Origin: Pseudomonadota bacterium
Lineage (GTDB): Bacteria > Pseudomonadota > Gammaproteobacteria > Burkholderiales > UBA9220
Direction: 5' to 3'
Assembly (NCBI GenBank): GCA_021845865.1
Contig: JAJZVC010000009.1
Location: 8,218 to 72,217 of the forward strand
DNA: 64,000 nucleotides
Below the pieces are notes generated by a model. The model did no database searches and was not told where the DNA came from. It worked only from the letters and a program-made list of their open reading frames with translations. Both the position numbers and the translations under genes were made by a program. Position 1 is the stretch's first letter, and the number at the start of each line of letters is the position of its first letter. This document shows, in pieces, positions 57,423 through 64,000 of this stretch.

Positions 57423-58378
57423 TTTATTCCCGAATCACCGGAACTGGCAGCTATCTGCCGGAAAAAGTCCTGACCAACCACGATCTGGCAAAAATCGTGG
57501 ACACCTCGGACGAATGGATCGTCGAACGTACTGGCATTCGTGAACGTCACATCGTGGCCGAAGGGGAAAATACCAGCGACTTGGCCCTCCACGCCAGCCG
57601 CAAGGCCATCGAGGCCGCCGGCATCGACCCCAAGCAGATCGATCTCATCGTGGTGGCGACCACTACCCCCGATTTCGTTTTTCCCAGCACGGCCTGCCTG
57701 CTGCAGGAAAAGCTCGGTATTCGCGGTTGTCCGGCCTTTGACGTGCAGGCGGTGTGCAGCGGCTTCATCTACGGTGTTTCCGTGGCAGACCAATTCATCC
57801 ACTCCGGTCAGAGCAAATGCGCCCTGGTGGTGGGCGCGGAGACCATGTCCCGCATCCTCGACTGGCAAGACCGCGGCACTTGCGTGCTGTTCGGCGACGG
57901 GGCGGGGGCGGTGATTATTCAGGCCAGCGATAAGCCGGGCATTGTTTCCACCCATCTCCACGCCGACGGCAGTCAGCACCACCTCCTGGAAACGCCTGCC
58001 CGCATCGAGAACGGCAAGGTGGTGGGCAATCCCTATTTGGTGATGGATGGCGGGGCTGTATTCAAGTATGCCGTCAACGCACTCGATTCCATTGTCGAAG
58101 AGGCCCTGGCCGCCAACGACATGGACAAGTCCGAGGTGGACTGGCTGGTTCCCCACCAGGCCAACCTCCGCATCATCAAAGGCACGGCGAAGAAACTGGG
58201 CATGAGCATGGACAGAGTGGTGGTGACTCTGGACAAGCACGGCAATACTTCCGCCGCCTCCATTCCCCTGGCCCTGGACAGCGCGGTGCGGGAAGGCAAG
58301 ATCAAGGCCGGCGAAACCGTGCTGCTGGAAGGCATCGGTGGCGGCTTCGCCTGGGGCGCCGTTCTGGTGCGCTGGTAA
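57419..58378 (+). CDS. fabH: 3-oxoacyl-ACP synthase III
   Basis: 319-aa ORF (TTG start, 4-nt overlap with plsX) with [22 protein letters not shown] and [12 protein letters not shown]. Confidence 0.93.
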   Translation: MIYSRITGTGSYLPEKVLTNHDLAKIVDTSDEWIVERTGIRERHIVAEGENTSDLALHASRKAIEAAGIDPKQIDLIVVATTTPDFVFPSTACLLQEKLGIRGCPAFDVQAVCSGFIYGVSVADQFIHSGQSKCALVVGAETMSRILDWQDRGTCVLFGDGAGAVIIQASDKPGIVSTHLHADGSQHHLLETPARIENGKVVGNPYLVMDGGAVFKYAVNALDSIVEEALAANDMDKSEVDWLVPHQANLRIIKGTAKKLGMSMDRVVVTLDKHGNTSAASIPLALDSAVREGKIKAGETVLLEGIGGGFAWGAVLVRW

Positions 58379-58403
58379 TCAATCAAAACACTCGAGAGGG
58401 ATA

Positions 58404-59333
58404 ATGAGCTTCGCTTTCGTATTTCCCGGACAAGGTTCTCAATCCGTGGGCATGATGGGTGCCTACGGCGATCTGGCGGCACTGCGCGACACTTTTGCGG
58501 AAGCCTCCGATGTGCTTAAGCAGGATATCTGGTCCATGGTGGCTGAGGGGCCCGCCGAAGCGCTCAACCAAACCATCAACACCCAGCCGGTGATGCTGAC
58601 GGCCGGCGTGGCCGTTTACCGCGCTTGGCAGGCCCAGGGTGGCGCGGCGCCTGCTTTCATGGCCGGTCACAGCCTGGGCGAATACACCGCTCTGGTGGCG
58701 GCTGGCGCCTTGGCATTCGCCGATGCGTTGCCTTTGGTGCGGTACCGTGCCGAGGTGATGCAGTCCGCCGTGGCCGAGGGCGTGGGCGCCATGGCCGCCA
58801 TCCTGGGACTGGACGACGACGCCGTGCGTGCCGTGTGCGCCGAAGCGGCCCAGGACGACGTGGTGGAGGCGGTGAATTTCAACTCTCCCGGCCAGGTGGT
58901 GATCGCCGGCAACAAGGCCGCCGTGGAGCGGGGCATGGAATTGGCCAAAGCCAAGGGCGCCAAGCGGGCGCTGCCCCTTCCCGTGAGCGTGCCGTCCCAC
59001 TGCGCCCTGATGCGGCCCGCTGCCGAGAAGCTGTCCCAGTATCTGGCCTCCGTGCCCGTGAAGGCGCCGGCGATCCCCGTGTTGCACAACGCCGACGTGG
59101 TTTCCTACGACAATGAAGCCGCCATCAAGGACGCTCTGGTGCGCCAGCTGTACAGCCCGGTGCGCTGGGTGGAAACCGTGCGCGCCCTGGCCGACCGGGG
59201 CGTGACCCATGTTGCCGAATGCGGCCCCGGCAAGGTGCTGGCAGGCCTCAACAAGCGCATCGACGAGCGGGTACAGGCCCTCGCGCTGACGGACGGCGCC
59301 TCTATTTTAGACGGTAAATCCGTTTTAATTTAA
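58404..59333 (+). CDS. fabD: Malonyl-CoA:ACP transacylase
   Basis: ORF 58338-59333 trimmed to ATG 58404 (MSFAFVFPGQGSQSVGMM). Contains GHSLGEYTALV. Confidence 0.93.
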   Translation: MSFAFVFPGQGSQSVGMMGAYGDLAALRDTFAEASDVLKQDIWSMVAEGPAEALNQTINTQPVMLTAGVAVYRAWQAQGGAAPAFMAGHSLGEYTALVAAGALAFADALPLVRYRAEVMQSAVAEGVGAMAAILGLDDDAVRAVCAEAAQDDVVEAVNFNSPGQVVIAGNKAAVERGMELAKAKGAKRALPLPVSVPSHCALMRPAAEKLSQYLASVPVKAPAIPVLHNADVVSYDNEAAIKDALVRQLYSPVRWVETVRALADRGVTHVAECGPGKVLAGLNKRIDERVQALALTDGASILDGKSVLI

Positions 59334-59386
59334 TGCGTTGCGATATTTTGTTTATATAACGAATAAACACAAGGGAGAGACGGAAA

Positions 59387-60124
59387 GTGGATAATCGGGT
59401 TGCATTGATCACTGGCGCCAGCCGTGGCATCGGCAAGGCGATTGCACTGGAACTGGGCAGGGCGGGCGCAACGGTTATCGGCACTGCGACCAGCGACAGC
59501 GGCGCGGAGGCGATTTCCGCATACCTTAAGGAAGCGGGCGTGAAAGGCGCCGGCATGGCGCTCAACGTTACCGACGCCGCCCAGGTCGAAACCGTGCTGG
59601 AGAGCATCCGTGGTCAGTTCGGCGAGGTGGCGATCCTGGTCAACAATGCCGGTATCACCCGCGACAACCTCCTGATGCGCATGAAGGAATCCGAGTGGGA
59701 CGACATCATGGAAACCAACCTCAAGTCGGTGTTCCGCATGTCCCAGGCCGTGCTCAAGGGCATGATGAAGGCCCGTTACGGGCGCATCATCAGCATTGCC
59801 TCGGTGGTGGGGGTGGCGGGAAACGCCGGCCAGACCAACTACGCAGCCGCCAAGGCCGGCATTATCGGCTTCTCCAAGTCCTTGGCACGGGAGGTGGGCA
59901 GCCGCAATATCACCGTCAACTGCGTGGCACCCGGTTTCATCGACACCGACATGACCCGCGCGCTTTCCGAGGAGCACCGCAATGCCCTGCTGAAGCAGAT
60001 TCCCCTGGGAACCCTGGGGCAGGCTGAGGACATTGCCGCCGCCGTGGCCTTCCTGGCATCGTCCCGGGCCGGTTACGTCACCGGCGAGACGCTGCATGTC
60101 AACGGCGGCATGTACATGGGCTGA
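59387..60124 (+). CDS. fabG: 3-oxoacyl-ACP reductase
   Basis: 245-aa ORF (GTG start) with ALITGASRGIGKAIA, NNAGITRD and YAAAKAG. Confidence 0.93.
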   Translation: MDNRVALITGASRGIGKAIALELGRAGATVIGTATSDSGAEAISAYLKEAGVKGAGMALNVTDAAQVETVLESIRGQFGEVAILVNNAGITRDNLLMRMKESEWDDIMETNLKSVFRMSQAVLKGMMKARYGRIISIASVVGVAGNAGQTNYAAAKAGIIGFSKSLAREVGSRNITVNCVAPGFIDTDMTRALSEEHRNALLKQIPLGTLGQAEDIAAAVAFLASSRAGYVTGETLHVNGGMYMG

Positions 60125-60228
60125 AGTCCGCGCCGCGCGGAAATTGCAGCGGTTTGTTGAAAGTTTAAACTCTGGTAGAATCTCGTCGATTTTGCCTCAT
60201 TCTCAGTGAACTGAAAGGGAAATAACAG

Positions 60229-60465
60229 ATGGAAAACATCGAACAACGCGTCATCAAGATCGTGGCCGAGCAACTGGGCGTTAGCGAAGCCGAAGTGAAG
60301 AGCGAGTCCTCCTTCGTGGACGACCTCGGCGCGGATTCCTTGGACACCGTTGAGCTGGTGATGGCGCTCGAAGAAGAATTCGACTGCGAAATCCCTGACG
60401 AAGAAGCGGAAAAGATCACCACCGTGAAGCAGGCCGTCGATTACATCAACGCCCACCTCAAGTAA
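60229..60465 (+). CDS. acpP: Acyl carrier protein
   Basis: 78-aa ORF with the [18 protein letters not shown] phosphopantetheine-attachment motif. Confidence 0.96.
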   Translation: MENIEQRVIKIVAEQLGVSEAEVKSESSFVDDLGADSLDTVELVMALEEEFDCEIPDEEAEKITTVKQAVDYINAHLK

Positions 60466-60510
60466 TTCAACCGCATCAAACCATTCCGCATTTAGATTAA
60501 CGGAGTTGTT

Positions 60511-61743
60511 TTGTCCCGACGCAGAGTAGTCATCACCGGTCTCGGGGTTGTTTCCCCGGTCGGCATCGGTGTCGGCGAGGCTTGGTCCAACCTCCTCGCC
60601 GGCAAATCCGGTATCACCCGCATCACCCGCTTCGACGCTTCCGGCTTCGCCTCCCAGGTGGCCGGGGAGGTCAAAGGGTTCGATGTCACCCAGTACCTTT
60701 CCGCCAAGGATGCGCGCCGCATGGATGTCTTCATCCACTACGGCATGGCGGCCGGCATCGAGGCCATCAAGGACTCGGGCCTGGCGGTGACGCCGGAGAA
60801 CGCCGACCGCATCGGCGTGAACATCGGTTCCGGCATCGGCGGCCTGCCGATGATCGAAGACACCCACGGCACCTTCCTGGAGGGGGGGCCCCGCAAGATT
60901 TCGCCGTTCTTCATTCCCGGCACCATCATCAACATGATCTCGGGCAACCTGTCGATCATGTTCGGCATGAAGGGCCCAAACCTGGCCGTGGTCACCGCCT
61001 GCACCACCGGTCTCCACGCCATCGGCCTCAGCGCCCGCACCGTCGCCTATGGCGATGCGGACGTCATGGTCTGCGGCGGCGCCGAATCCACCGTATCGCC
61101 CCTGGCCATCGGCGGCTTCTCCGCCGCCAAGGCCCTCTCCACCCGCAACGATGACCCCGCCACCGCCAGCCGTCCCTGGGACAAGGACCGCGACGGCTTC
61201 GTGCTGGGCGAGGGCGCCGGGGTGATGGTGCTGGAGGAATACGAGCACGCCAAGGCGCGCGGTGCCAAGATTTACGCCGAACTGGCGGGCTTCGGCATGA
61301 GCGGCGATGCCTTCCACATGACCGCCCCGGATACCGACGGCCCCAAGCGTTCCATGGCCAACGCCCTGCGCGACGCTGGCGTCAACCCGGACCAGGTGCA
61401 GTACGTCAACGCCCACGGCACTTCCACCCCGCTGGGAGACAAGAACGAAACCGAGGCCATCAAGCTGGCCTTCGGCGACGCGGCCTACAAGCTGGTGGTG
61501 AACTCCACCAAGTCCATGACCGGCCACCTCCTCGGCGGGGCGGGCGGACTGGAATCGGTGTTCACCGCCCTGGCCGTGCATCACCAGGTTTCGCCGCCCA
61601 CCATCAACATCTTCGAGCAGGACCCGGAGTGCGATTTGGACTACTGCGCCAATACCGCCCGGGAGATGAAGATCGACGTGGCGCTGAAAAACAACTTTGG
61701 CTTCGGCGGCACCAACGGCAGCTTGGTCTTCAAGCGGATATAA
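60511..61743 (+). CDS. fabF: 3-oxoacyl-ACP synthase II
   Basis: 410-aa ORF (TTG start after GGAG) with [24 protein letters not shown] and [14 protein letters not shown]. Confidence 0.93.
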   Translation: MSRRRVVITGLGVVSPVGIGVGEAWSNLLAGKSGITRITRFDASGFASQVAGEVKGFDVTQYLSAKDARRMDVFIHYGMAAGIEAIKDSGLAVTPENADRIGVNIGSGIGGLPMIEDTHGTFLEGGPRKISPFFIPGTIINMISGNLSIMFGMKGPNLAVVTACTTGLHAIGLSARTVAYGDADVMVCGGAESTVSPLAIGGFSAAKALSTRNDDPATASRPWDKDRDGFVLGEGAGVMVLEEYEHAKARGAKIYAELAGFGMSGDAFHMTAPDTDGPKRSMANALRDAGVNPDQVQYVNAHGTSTPLGDKNETEAIKLAFGDAAYKLVVNSTKSMTGHLLGGAGGLESVFTALAVHHQVSPPTINIFEQDPECDLDYCANTAREMKIDVALKNNFGFGGTNGSLVFKRI

Positions 61744-61764
61744 GCTTTTCTTTCATCATCGAAG

Positions 61765-61793
61765 CGGGCCGGTACATCCGGCCCGTTTTGTTT
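61765..61793 (+). terminator. Rho-independent terminator after fabF
   Basis: CGGGCCGG (61765-61772), loop TACAT, CCGGCCCG (61778-61785), then TTTTGTTT. Confidence 0.7.
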
Positions 61794-61846
61794 ACGGGAC
61801 CATTCAGCGGGTACAATGGCTCACCTGCAAACCGGCCAACTGAAGC

Positions 61847-63829
61847 ATGCCCACGGACCTCGATCAAGCCATCAGCCTTCACCAGGCGGGACGCATAACG
61901 GAGGCGGAAGCAATCTATCGGCAGATATTGCGGCGCCAGCCCAATCAGCCTGACGCCTTGCATCTCCTCGGCGTGGCAGCACACCAGCAGGGCAATGGGG
62001 CCTTGGCCAGGGAGCTAATCGAACGCGCCGTCCGGCAGCGTCCCCAAGTGGCGATGTTTCACAACAATTTGGGGGAGGTGCTGCGGGCAGCGGGAAAACT
62101 CGCCGAAGCGGCGGGAAGCTACCAACAGGCTATCGAACGGGACCCTGAGTTCGCCGCCGCCTGGGCCAATCTCGGCCTGGCGCTGCACCAGCTCGACCAC
62201 CAGGCCGATGCCCGTGTCTGCCTCGAACGGGCGCTACAGTTGCAGGAACGCTTTCCGGATGCCTGGAACAACCTGGGCCTGGTGGCCCAGTCCCAGAAAC
62301 GTCTGGAAGAGGCGGAGGCCTGCTACCGGCGGGCCATTGAACAGAACCCCTCCCATGGCTTGGCCCTTAATAATCTGGCAAACCTGAAGGCGGAACAAAA
62401 GTCCTTTCCCGAGGCCATCGCCCTTTACCGGCGGTCTCTGGCCGCGGATTCCGGCAACGCCATGGCCGCCATGAACCTGCTGCACCACCGCCTCAATATC
62501 GCCGACTGGGACGAAAGCCTGGACCCGCTTGCCCAACAGGTGCGTGATGCCGTGGGAGCGGGGAGGGATTACGGCGTCAGTCCTTTCTCGTTTTCCACCC
62601 TTTTCGCCTCGGCCGAAGAACAGCGCCGGTGCGCGGACCATTGGGCAGCCAGCCGCCTGACCCCCCTGGCGGCAAACGCGGGGGGACTGGGGCAAGCGCC
62701 GTTGGATGCGCCGGAGGGCAAGCTGCGCATCGGCTACCTGTCGCCGGACTTCCGCCTGCATCCCGTGTCGCTGCTGGCGGTGGGACTGCTCGAAGGCCAC
62801 GACCGTTCCCGTTTCCAGATTCATGGCTACGGCATCGGTGCCGACGACGGCAGCGCACTGCGCCGGCGCATCGCCGGGGCCTGCGACGCCTTCCGCGACC
62901 TGTCCGGCCTGCCCGCCCTGGAGGCGGCCCGTGTTATCCGGGGCGATGGGGTGGACATTCTCATCGACCTGGCGGGCTATACCCAGGGCGCGCGGCCGGA
63001 AATTCTCGCCCTGCGGCCTGCCCCCATCCAGGTGGGGTACCTCGGCTATCTGGGCACCATGGGCGACGGCATTCTCGACTACCTCATCAGCGACGACATC
63101 CTAACGGCCGCCGGCAGCGAGGGCGGCTACGCGGAAAAACTGGTCCGCCTTCCCTGGTACCAGGTCAACAGCCGGGAGGCGCTGGCTCCGCCACCGGCGC
63201 GCCGGGAGGCTGGCCTGCCCGAGGGGGCGACGGTGCTGTGCTGCTTCAACCAGACCATGAAAATCCAACCCGTGGTTTTCGACCTTTGGCTGGACCTGCT
63301 GCGCCAGGTTCCCCGGGCGGTGCTGTGGCTGCTGGCGGAGAACGAATGGGCGCGGGAAAACCTGCTGCGCCATGCCGCCAAAGCCGGCATCGGGCCGGAG
63401 CGCCTGGTTTTCTCCCCCCGCGTCGCCCCCGAGGACCACTACGCACGCCTGCAACTGGCCGATTTGTTCCTCGATACCTTGCCCTACAACGCCGGCACGA
63501 CGGCGTCGGACGCGCTCTGGGCAGGGGTGCCGGTGCTGACCGTCCAAGGAGAAACCTTTCCGGGCCGCATGGCGTCGAGCGTGCTCGCCGCATTCGGCCT
63601 GCCGCAACTGATTGCCCATTCCCTCGACGAATACCGGCAACAGGCGCTGGAGCTCCTGGGAGACCAGGAGAAGTTGGCCGCCCTCAAGACAGAAACCGCC
63701 CGTCTGCGAGCCGGGGCACGTCTGTTCGACACCGCTGCCTTCACTCGCCATTTCGAGGCGGCCCTGGAAAAGATGGCGGCACGCCAGCGCCAGGGCCTTC
63801 CGCCCGAGCCCATCGCCATCATCGAATAG
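61847..63829 (+). CDS. TPR-repeat protein fused to a GT41 (O-GlcNAc transferase/SPINDLY-like) domain
   Basis: 660-aa ORF with TPRs (AEAIYRQILRRQPNQPDALHLLGVAAHQQG...) followed by IGYLSPDFRLHPVS and LFLDTLPYNAGTTASDALWAGVPVLTV. Confidence 0.8.
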   Translation: MPTDLDQAISLHQAGRITEAEAIYRQILRRQPNQPDALHLLGVAAHQQGNGALARELIERAVRQRPQVAMFHNNLGEVLRAAGKLAEAAGSYQQAIERDPEFAAAWANLGLALHQLDHQADARVCLERALQLQERFPDAWNNLGLVAQSQKRLEEAEACYRRAIEQNPSHGLALNNLANLKAEQKSFPEAIALYRRSLAADSGNAMAAMNLLHHRLNIADWDESLDPLAQQVRDAVGAGRDYGVSPFSFSTLFASAEEQRRCADHWAASRLTPLAANAGGLGQAPLDAPEGKLRIGYLSPDFRLHPVSLLAVGLLEGHDRSRFQIHGYGIGADDGSALRRRIAGACDAFRDLSGLPALEAARVIRGDGVDILIDLAGYTQGARPEILALRPAPIQVGYLGYLGTMGDGILDYLISDDILTAAGSEGGYAEKLVRLPWYQVNSREALAPPPARREAGLPEGATVLCCFNQTMKIQPVVFDLWLDLLRQVPRAVLWLLAENEWARENLLRHAAKAGIGPERLVFSPRVAPEDHYARLQLADLFLDTLPYNAGTTASDALWAGVPVLTVQGETFPGRMASSVLAAFGLPQLIAHSLDEYRQQALELLGDQEKLAALKTETARLRAGARLFDTAAFTRHFEAALEKMAARQRQGLPPEPIAIIE

Positions 63830-63901
63830 CTTCCACCTGGCTGCGCCCACCCGAGTCTCGCGCTATCCTGTAGAATCAGTTTGATAGGAGGGAGGCACCC
63901 C

Positions 63902-64000
63902 ATGAAGCTCACCGTCCTCGGCGCCAGCGGCGGCATAGGCCGCGGCCTGCGCACCATCTCCTTCCTGGTGGACGATGATATTCTCATCGACGCCGGCACC
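63902..64000 (+). CDS. 5' end of an MBL-fold hydrolase gene (class II cyclic-nucleotide phosphodiesterase-like), truncated by the window edge
   Basis: ATG 63902 after GGAGGGAGG. The translation MKLTVLGASGGIGRGLRTISFLVDDDILIDAGT covers only 33 codons, so the family call is tentative. Confidence 0.4.
   Translation, partial: MKLTVLGASGGIGRGLRTISFLVDDDILIDAGT

Noticed and set aside
60073-61584. 503-aa minus-strand ORF opposite acpP and fabF
   Set aside because: It is a shadow ORF. The plus strand encodes ACP (GADSLDTVE) and FabF ([11 protein letters not shown]), and the antisense translation has no motifs.
62629-63873. 414-aa alternative-frame plus-strand ORF within the TPR-GT41 gene
   Set aside because: It gives an Arg/Pro/Gly-rich nonsense-like translation. 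The frame at 61847-63829 has TPR and GT41 motifs.

Overview
This is a high-GC proteobacterial chromosomal segment with several visibly AT-richer genes. Gene order and protein sequences look betaproteobacterial, but the taxon cannot be fixed without a database search.

**1. nt 1-36234: flagellin glycosylation island.**
- About 30 tightly packed genes encode soluble enzymes.
- It contains a complete CMP-pseudaminic acid operon (pseB-pseC-pseF-pseG-x-pseI). The usual pseH slot is filled by a formyltransferase-fold gene.
- It has two non-identical WbqC / LbH-acetyltransferase / DegT-aminotransferase sets and an NDP-hexose 4,6-dehydratase.
- It also encodes a carbamoyltransferase, an AsnB-like amidotransferase, a tandem pair of radical SAM (SPASM/twitch-like) enzymes, a PhyH-type dioxygenase and a beta-propeller protein.
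- There are six methyltransferase domains and several TPR-enzyme fusions.
- A 1587-aa protein with five catalytic modules ends 9 nt before the fliC promoter.

**2. nt 36244-43504: flagellar late genes.**
- A near-consensus sigma-28 promoter is followed by fliC, flaG, fliD (767 aa, with an internal tandem duplication), fliS and fliT.
- These are followed by a small membrane protein, fliK and a stand-alone FlhB C-terminal-domain paralog.

**3. nt 43511-64000: housekeeping genes.**
- glnD, map, a HAD phosphatase, sppA, a Rof-like ORF, a CBS protein and an ArsB/NhaD-type permease.
- A TP-methylase-family gene, maf, and a two-subunit pyruvate carboxylase.
- yceD-rpmF-plsX-fabH-fabD-fabG-acpP-fabF.
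- A TPR-GT41 (OGT-like) protein and the start of an MBL-fold gene.

I recognised no rRNA, tRNA, CRISPR array, transposase or integrase. Many long ORFs in the supplied track are antisense or alternative-frame shadows typical of GC-rich DNA and were not called. All functional calls rest on motifs read directly from the translations plus remembered family knowledge. No searches were run.
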